Origin: Ranitomeya imitator
Lineage: Eukaryota
Reading direction: 5' to 3'
Length of the DNA: 64,000 nt
NCBI RefSeq assembly: GCF_032444005.1
Contig: NC_091289.1
Span: 26,536,001-26,600,000 of the forward strand
Position numbers and translations under genes: made by a program
Notes under the pieces: model-generated
What the model was told of the DNA's origin: nothing
Databases searched by the model: none
What the model saw: only the letters and a program-made list of their open reading frames with translations
Shown here: positions 1 to 13,100 of the stretch, piece by piece
How positions within the stretch are numbered: the stretch's first letter is position 1
Layout: each line of letters begins with the position of its first letter

Positions 1-904
1 TTAGTACACCAGAGTCTGGCTTTGAAAACTGGCCCAAATTGGAAGCATATGGTGACCAGTGTGCTCATATTAACCAACTAAGTTTCACACCTAACCACCA
101 TTTGATATATTAATGAAAGGTGTAAAGAAAAAAAAATTATAAAAAAAAACTATTAGGTTTAAGGGCAATCACTTTCACGCAGGGCCCTGTAGGTTTGGAT
201 TTCTTTTTTCCTTGATAATAAAAAACTTAACTTAAAAACTGCATTTTGCGGTTACTTGTGTAATCTTTGTCTCATATTAAATTAGATTTGGTGATCTTAA
301 ACATTTAAGTGTGACAAACATGCAAAATAGGAGATCAGGAAGGGGGCACTTTTTCACACAACTGTCTTGGTTCCAGTTACCTCAATTATGCAATTATTTA
401 CCCTATTAAAATGATAGAAATTGCAAAAAAATGATCTACAAGTTGTGGATCATCAGCAATACCCAGGGCCATATTTGCCACTAGGCACGTGAGGGCACGT
501 GCCTAGGGCGCCAGGATCCGGGGGGTGGCACATGAGCAAGGTTTTATTTTATTTATTTATTTTTTTTTTTTTTTAAGGCTGGGGTCCGCCCGCCCACCTT
601 CTTCAACCTGCCCCCTTCCCCACCCACCACCTCCCTACCTCCTTGAAGACCATATACTCACCCTCCAGCGGTGCCTGGTCTCAGCGCCGGCAGCAAGTCC
701 TGTGCTCACAGCGGTCACGTGGTACCGCTCATTAAGGTGATGAATATGGATGCATTTTCATGACCTTAATGAGCGGTGTCATGTGACCGCTCACACAGGA
801 AGCTGGGGAAGAAGCTTCGGCGCTGGGAGTCGGGACAGACGAGCAGGACAGGGAGTCCGTTCAGCGCGCTGTGAGGAGGGTGAGTATGACGGGCGGGGGA
901 GGAG

Positions 905-1040
905 AAGGAGGATGGGGAGCCAGGTATACAAGATGGGGGGGAGCCACGTACACAAGATGGGGGGGAACGGAGTCACGCATACAAGGATGGGAGGAGGGGG
1001 GGGAACGAGCCACGCATAGAAGGATGGGAGGGGGGGACGG
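905..1040. repeat. GA-rich minisatellite, left part (interrupted by a Penelope derivative)
   Basis: Units like GGAGCCACGCATACAAGGATGGGAGGGGG; the same array resumes at 2833. Confidence 0.85.
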
Positions 1041-2832
1041 AAAAAACCAAAACCAACTAATCTAAACAATAACTTTATTTCAAAACCCTTGGATTAAAAC
1101 AAGCACGACACCCCAACTCCTTATGGTAGGAGTGGGTTTATAAAAGCCCGGTTTGGTGAGAACAGGGCAAAGGTGAAGGAAGCAAAAAATGGGATAAAAA
1201 ATCCTATGTATCCCTAGCATCTGCTCCCTGCCTATCTGCGGAGGTTGGCACCCTCTTGGACGCAATATGGCGCCCCCGCTCCTCGTCGACTGGCCCTAAA
1301 TGCCCTGCAAGTCCCTTAATGTGATGATGTCTAATAAAACATACCGACAATACACACACCAAATACCAGGTAAAAAATCAACAACGTACAAACCCAGCCA
1401 GGCTGGTCTGACCGTACAGAGCCCTACAACCTATAATACTACGCTGGTAGCTAAAGCTAACACGCCCTAAGGAGTCCCTAACCAAGAGACCCTGCCTGTC
1501 AGCGGAGGTTGGCACCCTCTTGAACGCAAATGGCGCCCCCGCTCCTCGGCGGCTGCCCCTATTGACCCTCACTGTGTCCCTACACACGTAGGTGGATCCT
1601 ATACACAGGGGGTGCCTTAGGGACTAAAACGGTGACCCGTAACTCTGAACCCTTCTAACTTCGGACAGACCGTAAAAAATACACACAACAACACACAAGC
1701 TGTTATAAACCACACTATATTAAGTATCTTGTTGCAAAGACGATATGTACATGAGTAAAGATATTTTTATTCTAATACTCCTACAAAGATGATATACCCA
1801 ATATCAATAGCTGAGCCATGCAGGGTATTTTTTCAAAGTTCTAAAATGCTTCAAACATGGTGACTGATAAACATAACACTCCCAGCGTCTGAGGAAATAC
1901 AGATAAGCAAAGATACACTAGCCTCAGTGTTGAAGCCGCAACTTGGTATCCAAAAGAACACTCATGTTCAATTTACGTCAATAAAGCGTCTACGATTGGT
2001 GAAATTCACAAATAATAAAATTAAAAAACCCGATCCACTTATCTGCGATCAGGTTTCGCCTCTACGCGTTTCCCCCCCATGATGTGGTTCCTCAGGAAGC
2101 ATATGGGAAATTAGACTTCCGTGTGTTTAAATCACATGTTGTGTGTATTTTTTACGGTCTGTCCGAAGTTAGAAGGGTTCAGAGTTACGGGTCACCGTTT
2201 TAGTCCCTAAGGCACCCCCTGTGTATAGGATCCACCTACGTGTGTAGGGACACAGTGAGGGTCAATAGGGGCAGCCGCCGAGGAGCGGGGGCGCCATTTG
2301 CGTTCAAGAGGGTGCCAACCTCCGCTGACAGGCAGGGTCTCTTGGTTAGGGACTCCTTAGGGCGTGTTAGCCTTAGCTACCAGCGTAGTATTATAGGTTG
2401 TAGGGCTCTGTACGGTCAGACCAGCCCGGCTGGGTTTGCACGTTGGTGATTTATTACCTGGTATTTGGTGTGTGTGTATTGTCGGTATGTTTTATTAGAC
2501 ATCATCACATTAAGGGACTTGCAGGGCATTTAGGGCCAGTCAACGAGGAGCGGGGGCGCCATATTGCGTCCAAGAGGGTGCCAACCTCCGCAGATAGGCA
2601 GGGAGCAGATGCTAGGGATACATAGGATTTTTTATCCCATTTTTTGCTCCCTTCACCTTTGCCCTGTTCTCACCAAACCGGGCTTTTATAAACCCACTCC
2701 TACCATAAGGAGTTGGGGTGTCGTGCTTGTTTTAATCCAAGGGTTTTGAAATAAAGTTATTGTTTAGATTAGTTGGTTTTGGTTTTTTCTATTGATACTA
2801 ATTCTGGTTTATCAGAAACTGTACTTCTTTCA
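1041..2832 (-). mobile_element. Non-coding Penelope-like derivative: pseudo-LTR segment plus an inverted copy of its 3' part
   Basis: Shares the hammerhead island, the two ~55-nt motifs and the AATAAA/U-rich end with the pLTRs at 41016-43106. Arms 1040-1690 and 2137-2789 are reverse complements. Confidence 0.8.
2058..2107 (-). ncRNA. Type I hammerhead ribozyme motif (Penelope-type)
   Basis: Minus strand reads CCCAUAU-GCUUC-CUGAGGA-ACCACAUCAUGGGGGG-GAAACGCGUA-GAGGC. It has the CUGANGA/GAAA core, stem I GCUUC/GAGGC and a palindromic ACGCGU stem III. Confidence 0.75.
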
Positions 2833-4030
2833 GAGGGGGGGACGGAGCCACGCATACAAGGAGTGGAGGGGGGAAGGGAGACACGCATACAAGGATGGGA
2901 GGAGGGGGAGCAGAGCCACGCATACAAGGAGAGGAGGGGGGAACGGAGCCATGCATACAAGGATGGGGGGAGAGGGGAACGGAGCCATGCATACATGGAG
3001 GGTAGGGGGGAAAGGAGCCACGCATACAAGGATGGGAGGAAGGGGAACGGAGCCACGCATACAAGGATGGGAGGAGGGGGAGCAGAGCCACGCATACAAG
3101 GAGAGGGGGAACAGAACCACGCATACAAGGATAGGAGGAGGGGAGGGGGGACGGAGCCACGCATACAAGGATGGGAGGGGGAAGGGAGCCACGCATACAA
3201 AGATGGGAGGAGGGGGGAGCAGAGCCACGCATACAAGGAGGGGAGGAGGGGGAGCAGAGACACGCATACAAGGAGGGGAGGGGGGAACGGAGCCACGCAT
3301 ACAAGGATGGGAGGAGGGGGAAACGGAGCCACGCATACAAGGAGGGGAGAGGGGGAACAGAGCCACGCATACAAGGATAGGAGGAGGGGAGGGGGGAATG
3401 GAGCCACATATACAAGGATGGAGGGGGAAGGGAGCCACGCATACAAAGATGGGAGGAGGGGGGAGCAAAGCCATGCATACAAGGAGTGGAGGGGGGAACA
3501 GAGCCACATATACAAGGGTGGGAGGAGGGGGAATGGAGCCACGCATACAAGGAGGGGAGGGGGGAACGGAGCCACGCATACAAGGATGGGAGGAGGGGAG
3601 GGGGGAACGGAGCCATGCATACAAGGATGGGAGGAGGGGGAGCAGAGCTATGCATACAAAGATGGGAGGAGGGGGAAGCAGAGCCACGCATACAAGGATG
3701 GGAGGAGGGGGGAGCAGAGCCACGCATACAACAAAGATGGGTGGAGGGGGAAGCAGAGCCACGTATACAAAGATGGGAGGGGGGAGCAGTGCCACGCATA
3801 CAAAGATGGGTGGGGGGAGCAGTGCCACGCATACAAAGATGGGAGGAGTGGGAGCAGAGCCACGCATACAAAGATAGGGGGAGCAGAACCATGCATACAA
3901 GGATGGGAGGGGGGAGCTATGCATACAAAGATGGGAGGAGGGGGAGCAGAGCCATGCATACAGGATGGGAGGAGGAAACCATGCATACAAGATGAGACAG
4001 GGGAGCCATGCATACAACAGGGGGAGCCAC
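2833..4030. repeat. GA-rich minisatellite (~30-40 bp variable units)
   Basis: Dozens of GGAGCCACGCATACAAGGA(T)GGGAGG.. units; source of the long repetitive spurious ORFs. Confidence 0.95.
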
Positions 4031-4249
4031 ACAGAGCAGAACAGGATGGGTGGAACTACACATACCGGGATAGGAATGAGGGGACAATGCATACCCGGCT
4101 TATAATCGAGTCAATAAGCTTACCCAGTGGAGCTGAAGACTCCGAAGATTAAGTGCACGGGGATGGGGGATTTATTATGTGTGGAGAATTTGAGTGGGGA
4201 TGGGGGTTTTTAATGTATGAGGTGAGATTTGAGGGCACAAAATGAATAG

Positions 4250-4460
4250 CAAAGGGGGAGATGGGTTAACAGTACAGGGGAATAGGGGGCATGTATGATG
4301 AAACAGTACTGGGGAATGGGGGCATGTATTTGGAAATAGTACTGGGGAATGGGGGGCATATATGAGGAAACAGTACTGGGGAATGGGGGCATGTATGAGG
4401 AAACAGTATGGGGAATGGGGGCATATATGAGGAAACAGTATGGGGGATGGGAGCACACAT
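4250..4460. repeat. Degenerate ~31-bp tandem repeat
   Basis: Recurring GAAACAGTACTGGGGAATGGGGGCATGTAT-like units. Confidence 0.7.
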
Positions 4461-7284
4461 TATGGGGAGCGACAGGGTAATGTATGTGGACACAGTATGA
4501 GTAGCGATGTGAAAAATGTATGTGGACAGATTTGGACGGAGTACGGGGAGTGAGGTGATGGGATGTGTGCAGACAGTATGGGGAGTCAGGTGAGCAGGCA
4601 GTATAGAAAGTGAGGAGGTAAATGTATGAGGAGACAGTATGGTGAACAGGGGGATGTGAGAGGAGAGAGTATGAAGAGGGAGGGGAATAGTGTGAGGAGA
4701 CAGTATGGGGGGGACAAAACTGAGTGGGCACAGAATAGAAACAGTAGTGTGGGCGTAGCTGTGATAAGAGTACAGTATAAATACTGAGCCTTATGGGGGG
4801 ACACCGTGTGAGAGGACAGTGTGAAGAGGGGCCCGGTATGGAATGGAGAGGTCAGTGTAAAGAGCATGTACCATAAGAGGGATAGCGTGGGGGTCATAAT
4901 TTGTGCAGACAATATAGTGAGGGGCAATTTTTTTATTCAGGAGCATTATAATGACACTTGTATCTTTAAGGGCATCATGTGGAGATTTTCTGCAAAAGAG
5001 CGGAAAAGCTGGAAGTCTGCAGAGGCTAGCTGTAGCTGAGAAAACTCATCATGGGGTCTAGACAAGATGAAGAAAAGAAGGAGAACGACTCCAGAGACGA
5101 CGTCACCTATAAGGTACCTGGAAATAAATGTTATTTGTGATACTAACTAATTCTCATGTTTTTATTTATGTTAGGAGAATTAAAGGGGATGTCCAGGTTT
5201 GTAATGAGTCTTCAGTCATTCAATGTGACTGCAGACTTCTGAATTCTCACAGTGTGCAGTGCACGCTGTCAGGATTCTCTCGTGCTGCGATCTACATACA
5301 TGCAGTCATGTGCTGACTAGACATGTGTGGCCTCACTCAATAAAAATGAACTGAGCGAGGCAGGGCACGTCTAGTCGGAATGTGGTCAGAAGTATACATG
5401 AAGGCAGCAAACTTGCTTAATATCCCTGCCTGTTCCAAAAGACCAACTCTAAATGCCAGGCGGGATGCAAACGAAAATCTCACACAAAAGGCCTCTAATA
5501 ACGGCTGACTGAGCAGAATGACATGTTAGAATAAGTCCCCACTACTAACACCCAACTTTGAAAAAAAAAAAGTTGACATTTAAATTAGTTTTGAAAATTT
5601 GAATGCCGGAATGTTTTAGACACTTCATACTTCACCCTGGCACAGAGTCAAAAAATATTACATCAAAAATGAAAATACTATATGTAAATCTGAGAAAATG
5701 TTGCCTTCAGGCCTGTAGAAATCAAAGAGGAAAGAACTTCAAAAGCTAAATCTGCATGATAACCATGCTGGGATCTATGGATAAAGTCCACTGCATGGAT
5801 AATGCAGATATTAACCTGATCACCTTTGGTAAACTAAGAAATAAGTTGTTCTCGAGTTCTTTACATTCTTTTTTTTTTTTTTAACTATTGGCCTCCTGTT
5901 TCAACTGGTCAAGACTTGAGAATGACCCAGAGAGTAAAAAAAGAAATAAAAATCTGTGGCAATGGCTGCAGTATAAAAAATGACCCTTTTGGAGGATGGC
6001 TTGAGAACCAAAGTTCAAAAATACGTCTGGTGTTGTTCTTGTATATAAAAAAAATATAGGGCTAATAAGACCAATGTTTTTACACGGGTCTACTTGGGAA
6101 ACCACTGAGAACAATATGCTGATGCTCACTAAGCCTACCCACACCACTAATAATTAACGGACATTTGAGGTTTTCCAGGCCTTTTTGTCAACCACTGCTC
6201 TAATATGGATACCAATCCTCGAATATAGATGTTGGTTGTGTGACCCAACCTTTCCTCTTCTGGTAGTGTTCTAAATCACGTACTGTACATTTCGAAGCAT
6301 GAATTTGACTGGCTGGTTGCCTGCCCCATAGTATGTGGGGTCATACTTTGCCTTATGCTCATGTACCCCTTACAACGTTGGCTGGTTGCCTGCCCCATAG
6401 TGCGTGTGGTCATACTTTGCGTTATGCTCATGTACCCCTTACAACGTGGTATCTAAACAGTCAGAGCAGTGACACTTGGAGGCTCATGTACATCACAAAT
6501 AGGTGAATGGGAAATCTTAGTATAGGGGGTTCAATTCTGGAACTGTAACTCGCCATTATGCTGAAAGATAAACAATCAGCAAGTTGAAAGCATTGGGTAG
6601 TTGAATAATTATTTAGACTTATATTGGTTCTTTCCTTACAGGGGTTGTCCTTGGAGCAACATGAATATGAATCTTCAAAGCGCATGCAGCTTACGCTATC
6701 AGGATTCTACGGTGCCGGCAGTGAGAGGGCAGGCAAGTGACAGGAAGTATGTCATATGCATATTCCCGGCCAAAATGAGACTAGACTTGTTTGGCCTCAC
6801 TAAAATTTGCTTGGATCGAGCAAGGTTGCACAGGTCTAGTCAGAATGTGGCTGGAAGGATGCCTTTCACATACTTGTTGTCACATGACTGTCCGCTCCCG
6901 CCACCGAAGATGTCTTATAGAATGCTGTGAAGAGGCAAAATTCTGCGGGAACACAGACTGATTGCAGACTTTCATAACAAACTTGAACCACCCTTTTAAT
7001 GCTCACAGTCCAGAGTTTAAAGCGCCATTGATACACAAGTCGGTGTTCTACCAGATATGACAGCCAACAGTCCTTTCACTAAGTGAATGGAAGTTTTAGG
7101 GCTCACCATTCTCAGATTGGAGTCTCACATGTCTGAATTTGTACCGTGCCATAAACGTGTTCTTAGACTTCCAATACTCACATTATTTAGAAATCTAAAT
7201 ATATCACAATATTAAAAAAAAATACAGTCCGGCACACAGCACAAAACCTAATAATGTCTTACAGAAAAGCTCTCAATCCCTTAC

Positions 7285-7408
7285 CTCCAGTAGACCAACA
7301 CAGCGATGAGCAGAACCAAGCAGAAGAAAGTCAAGGCAGAGACGACCATTAAGGGAACAATCCATTCCATCTTGTTGGTGGAAGGGCGGCTGTCCATGCT
7401 CGAGTTAA
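7285..7408 (-). CDS. PTPRG: PTPRG transmembrane exon (124 bp)
   Basis: gacag acceptor and GTAAGG donor. Encodes (V)[40 protein letters not shown](R), the PTPRG TM helix. Confidence 0.95.
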
Positions 7409-10400
7409 CTGTCAAACAAATTTACAACATTGGTCATCGATGATCATAAGTTGTTTTTGTGGTCTTTCTGTTGAGCTCCTAAGCAAACAATTATTACATA
7501 CACACATATAAAACATGTAAGACCCTGTTGTAGTAAATGTACTACCCAAGTTCCATCATGGTGAAAGTCAACAAAAGACACAGGTGAAATATTGCGTCAT
7601 AATAACCGAGGGAGATTCTTCCCTTCTACGTCATGGGTTTTATTTCTTGGCACAACATAGTGTAGTAATATTGGTCCTGATGACATGGAGTCTTCGTTCC
7701 AACATGGCGATATCCTCTGTTCAGTCAACATTTCTAGTCTTTCTGTTGGCAAAAATACTTGAAACCCAACGAGAGCCATTAAAGTCAATGTGTCTTTGCC
7801 GATAGGAATGGAAATATATCCAGAACATCGGTTTTGGTTTCGTCATACATAGAAACAATGATCCCAGTTTGAACAGCCCATGAATGACTTTTTAACCTCT
7901 ACCTATCGTGGGCAAGTATAAATATTCCCTCAAACATATATACTTACAGTACTTATGAATATTCATATGCATATATTAAGTATTGACTTGAGGCTTCAAA
8001 TATACAAAATCCAGCTGCTCATATTAAGGAAGCATAGAGCGGCCCCATACCCAACACTGCTGAGCCAGCTTTCCTCGGTGTTATAATTTACCTCAATGAC
8101 ATTTATGAATGGGAAAGTCAATTATAGACCTGTTATGAATTGCCAGTGAACTAATTAGAAGAATCTGGGAGGTGTCGCACAGCAAATATACAGAATACAA
8201 AATAAACACTGAACAGAACCAAAAAGGTGATGCAAGAAGACACTGGACAGGAAAGCAGAAAGGAAGCAATAGGGAAGGCTAAACCAACAGCACAGCAGGG
8301 GTTTATTATGTTTGCAAATCTAGGCCAGTTATCAGCAGCCACAGATACTGCCCTTTAAAAGAGACACATCTTGCAAGGAGCTAATCAGTCAAATGCATGG
8401 GGATAGCGTGAATTTTCTACCGAGGCGAAAGCTGACTTTTAGACATGTCTACGAATTAATTAGAATGGAACGATCTAATTAGACACGACATAGCCATGTG
8501 TGATCATCATCATATGGAAATGACATAGGGTTTCTTAAAAAAAAAGTGCTATACATAACTGAGCAGTAGCTCACGATGATCTGTTTTTAACATTTAGGTA
8601 GGCCAGGTAATAAAAAAAAGGATGTCAAACAGCTAATCCGGCCACAAGGCCAAGGGTAGGAGATCCATTTAACAGACTGAATGGCTTCATGTTCTACAAG
8701 GAGATTGTACCAAGTGTCTCAATATTCATGCAGACCCAATAGATAAAGGATGGATGTAGTGGACTTCTGGGGCATTAGCCTTAAGACTATTGCTGGTTTT
8801 CTTTGGGCCGGTAACTGGGGTAACTGCGTTCCATGTAACGTTCGTTTTGGCGGTCTAAAGCCAGCAATCTCTGATGAGCGCAATGCTCGTTCTTCGGTTA
8901 CAATGATATTTAATCAGCCTAAAGGGAACCTGCATGCCGATTCATGCTGTCCAAACCAGAGACTGGTTGCATAATTGCAGACAGGTATATTTTTCTCTGA
9001 AATGTGGCAGAAATTCAGAGAACACAGTTTGAAGATCCAGTTGGGGACCATAGGCTGTCCTTTCTCAGAGTCGCTGCAGGTGATTGACATATCTCCTCCT
9101 ATGTATCTACATTATGAGAGACCTGTCAATCAACCAGAGAAGTGCAGGGCGAAGTTGGCCAGAGGCAGCCCCCAGAGTAGTCTCGTTTCTGCCTACGGTT
9201 CCCAGCTGCATCTTCAAATTATACTTTCCCTGAAGTGTCCGGAGTCCCCCGAACTAGTCTCGTTTCTGCCTATGTTCCCCAGCCAGATCTTCAAACTTTA
9301 TTTTCTCTGAAATACTCCTGGCTGTAATTGTGCCGTTTGTTCGGGCAGCATAAATCAGATAAACGGTTCCCTTAAAAAAACAAAAAAACAAAACAAAATC
9401 AGTAACGGCAGGTCATTGGCTTGCGTAAACAGGTGACGTGCTGCCAGGAACAAGTATATTCTATACACACAGAATGACTTTTAGCGATCCGTCTGTGCAC
9501 ATAGAATTCTGGTCCAAACAGGCCATTAAATGACCACCAATTAGCTTGTCAGTAGCTGATCGGTGATTGGTTAATGGTTGTGGATGACCGGGCTAAATCC
9601 AGCATTAGGCCTTCATTATACAAGCCAATCCACCTCGTTGACCGCCAATCAGATCCATTTTTAATGATCATATAGCCTGAGATTAGACTGGTAGACTGAG
9701 GTTCAGATGCACAAAGAACGATCAATAATAGATTGAAAACATATACTCATATACTCACCTTCCGAGGGCCCCTTGTAGTCCTCACCTGTGTGCGGTGCAC
9801 GCGGCAGCTTCCGGTTCCAGGGTTGGTATGAGCGCAGGACCTGCGAGGACGTCGCGGTCACATGACCGTGACGTCATGGAAGGTCCTTCTCGCACAGCAT
9901 CCTTAGCACCGGAACCTGCCGCTTGCACTGCCGAGGACAGGGCGCAACGGCGGAGGGTGAGAATAACGTTTTTTTTAAAATTATTATTATTTGTAACAGT
10001 AGATCTTATTACTATTGATGCTGCATAAGCAGGATCAATAGTAAAAAGTTGGTCACACAGGGTTAATTGCTGCGTAACCGGAGTGCGTTACACCGTGCTC
10101 CGGTAATGCTGGCATTAAGCCTGTGTGAGGGCTGACTGGAGGGGAGTACGGAGCGGGCACTGACTGCGGGGAGGAAGGAGCGGCCATGTTGCTGCCGGAC
10201 TGCGCCCATCGCTGATTGGTCGTGGCAATGGTCGTAGGCATTTTGCCGCGATCAATCAGCGACTTGGATTCCATGACAGATAGAGGCCGCGACCAATGAA
10301 TATCCATGACAGAAAGACAGAAGGACAGACAGAAAGACGGAAGTGACCCTTAGACAATATATATATGTCATTAAAATCAGACTGTACAGCACAATGTAGG

Positions 10401-11494
10401 ACGAAGAAATGTGACGTAGTTGCCCGCACGGACGCCATTAAAAAGCTAACCTACAATAGAACCATAATAGAGATCACAACACACTTCATTTAAAGATTTA
10501 CAAACAACTTATCAAAAAGTTGACCCAACAGATAAAAAATATATAAAATTTTGACAAGAGTTATGAGAACATTAATAGACATTCAAGACACACCATGAAG
10601 TAGACAAAAATGTTATTCATTGACCACCAACAGTAGCAATTCGTAAATTCACTGTGATTAGTGATTTTATGTAAGCTGCCATTTTTTTGGTTGGTAAATG
10701 AAGTAGGATTTTACCTATCATGGCACCCTTTCAGTAAAAAAGAAACATGGGTTTGAATCCAGCCAAGTGAACATCTATATGGAGTTTCCAAGATGTCTGA
10801 ACGTTTATGTGGTTATTGTTGTGTAACTTGAAGATCTTGGACTTCAATACAAAAACTGTAACAGGACTTCCAACTACCTTAACTCTTTATTTTTACTGGT
10901 GGTAGAGCGCCCCTTCCCCATCCTTATGCACCAGAGCCAAGGTATTTAGGCTTATTCCGCAGTAATCTATAGGTAAGTCATCCTCTGGTTAACATGTCTT
11001 TTTCCTACTTTTTAAAAACAGCATGGACACCATGCAGTTTATAGGACTAGCCTAATAACCACAGATGCGTTTCCAGTTCAACCAAGCATGCGTGTGTTGT
11101 CTATTTTGAAAGGGGAGCACACTACCTACAGATAGTTCTGTTGAGACTTATCTCTTTATCGAACATAAGGTTGGGTATTGTTGACTTTCAACATGCCCGA
11201 TCCTTGTCTTCCCTACCCCCTACAACATAAGACACCAAACATCGGCTGAATATCTGAAATAGCTGTGGTTACATTTTAACGTTACGTTACAACCACAAGA
11301 CCAAGGACGTAAAACCGTGGCCATCTAACACACATCTAAAAAACGACCCAAGAGTAAGTTCCATCAGCGTCTTTTTTAAAGAGAAGATACTTCAAGGAAA
11401 AAAGGTGTTTTTCACTTAAAGATTTTTTATCTTCTTTTCAGTCATTCCTTGCGGAGGCTTTGCAGCTAGCGTTTTTAAAAAAAAATTCCATATA

Positions 11495-13100
11495 CAGTGG
11501 GGCAAAAAAGTATTTAGTCAGTCAGCAATAGTGCAAGTTCCACCACTTAAAAAGATGAGAGGCGTCTGTAATTTACATCATAGGTAGACCTCAACTATGG
11601 GAGACAAACTGAGAAAAAAAAATCCAGAAAATCACATTGTCTGTTTTTTTAACATTTTATTTGCATATTATGGTGGAAAATAAGTATTTGGTCAGAAACA
11701 AAATTTCATCTCAATACTTTGTAATATATCCTTTGTTGGCAATGACAGAGGTCAAACGTTTTCTGTAAGTCTTCACAAGGTTGGCACACACTGTTGTTGG
11801 TATGTTGGCCCATTCCTCCATGCAGATCTCCTCTAGAGCAGTGATGTTTTTGGCTTTTCGCTTGGCAACACGGACTTTCAACTCCCTCCAAAGGTTTTCT
11901 ATAGGGTTGAGATCTGGAGACTGGCTAGGCCACTCCAGGACCTTGAAATGCTTCTTACGAAGCCACTCCTTCGTTGCCCTGGCAGTGTGCTTTGGATCAT
12001 TGTCATGTTGAAAGACCCAGCCACGTTTCATCTTCAATGCCCTTGCTGATGGAAGGAGGTTTGCACTCAAAATCTCACGATATATGGCCCCATTCATTCT
12101 TTCATGTACCCGGATCAGTCGTCCTGGCCCCTTTGCAGAGAAACAGCCCCAAAGCATGATGTTTCCACCACCATGCTTTACAGTAGGTATGGTGTTTGAT
12201 GGATGCAACTCAGTATTCTTTTTCCTCCAAACACGACAAGTTGTGTTTCTACCAAACAGTTCCAGTTTGGTTTCATCAGACCATAGGACATTCTCCCAAA
12301 ACTCCTCTGGATCATCCAAATGCTCTCTAGCAAACTTCAGACGGGCCCGGACACGTGCTGGCTTAAGCATTGGGACACGTCTGGCACTGCAGGATCTGAG
12401 TCCATGGTGGCGTAGTGTGTTACTTATGGTAGGCCTTGTTACATTGGTCCCAGCTCTCTGCAGTTCATTCACTAGGTCCCCCCGCGTGGTTCTGGGATTT
12501 TTGCTCATCGTTCTTGTGATCATTCTGACCCCACGGGGTGGGATTTTGCGTGGAGCCCCAGATCGAGGGAGATTATCAGTGGTCTTGTATGTCTTCCATT
12601 TTCTAATTTTTGCTCCCACTGTTGATTTCTTCACTCCAAGCTGGTTGGCTATTGCAGATTCAGTCTTCCCAGCCTGGTGCAGGGCTACAATTTTGTTTCT
12701 GGTGTCCTTTGACAGCTCTTTGGTCTTCACCACAGTGGAGTTTGGAGTCAGACTGTTTGAGGGTGTGCACAGGTGTCTTTTTATACTGATAACAAGTTTA
12801 AACAGGTGCCATTACTACAGGTAATGAGTGGAGGAAAGAGGAGACTCTTAAAGAAGAAGTTACAGGTCTGTGAGAGCCAGAAATCTTGATTGTTTGTTTC
12901 TGACCAAATACTTATTTTCCACCATAATATGCAAATAACATGTTAAAAAAACAGACAATGTGATTTTCTGGATTTTTATTTCTCAGTTTGTCTCCCATAG
13001 TTGAGGTCTACCTATGATGTAAATTACAGACGCCTCTCATCTTTTTAAGTGGTGGAACTTGCACTATTGCTGACTGACTAAATACTTTTTTGCCCCACTG
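11495..13100 (-). mobile_element. Full-length Tc1 (DD34E) transposon, copy A
   Basis: TA|CAGTGGGGCAAAAAAGTATTT...AAATACTTTTTTGCCCCACTG|TA, with ~200-bp TIRs and TA target duplication. Confidence 0.97.
11711..12733 (-). CDS. Intact Tc1 transposase, 340 aa
   Basis: Paired-like HTH N-terminus with GAPRKI linker; WSDETK, HDNDPKH and [11 protein letters not shown] motifs; 34 residues between the second D and the E. Confidence 0.96.
   Translation of the reverse strand: MVKTKELSKDTRNKIVALHQAGKTESAIANQLGVKKSTVGAKIRKWKTYKTTDNLPRSGAPRKIPPRGVRMITRTMSKNPRTTRGDLVNELQRAGTNVTRPTISNTLRHHGLRSCSARRVPMLKPARVRARLKFAREHLDDPEEFWENVLWSDETKLELFGRNTTCRVWRKKNTELHPSNTIPTVKHGGGNIMLWGCFSAKGPGRLIRVHERMNGAIYREILSANLLPSARALKMKRGWVFQHDNDPKHTARATKEWLRKKHFKVLEWPSQSPDLNPIENLWRELKVRVAKRKAKNITALEEICMEEWANIPTTVCANLVKTYRKRLTSVIANKGYITKY

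Noticed and set aside
2769-4152. Several long ORFs (280-460 aa) on both strands
   Set aside because: They are translations of the GA-rich minisatellite; low complexity and open in many frames.
1-7284. Next PTPRG exons (juxtamembrane)
   Set aside because: No matching coding sequence found by eye; probably beyond the window start.
8871-8900. CTGATGAGC..GCTC hammerhead-like core
   Set aside because: No GAAA after the stem and no stem I/III.
12084-12824. 246-aa antisense ORF in Tc1 copy A (and the 222-aa one at 14503-15171)
   Set aside because: Antisense shadow of the transposase frame; no independent motifs.
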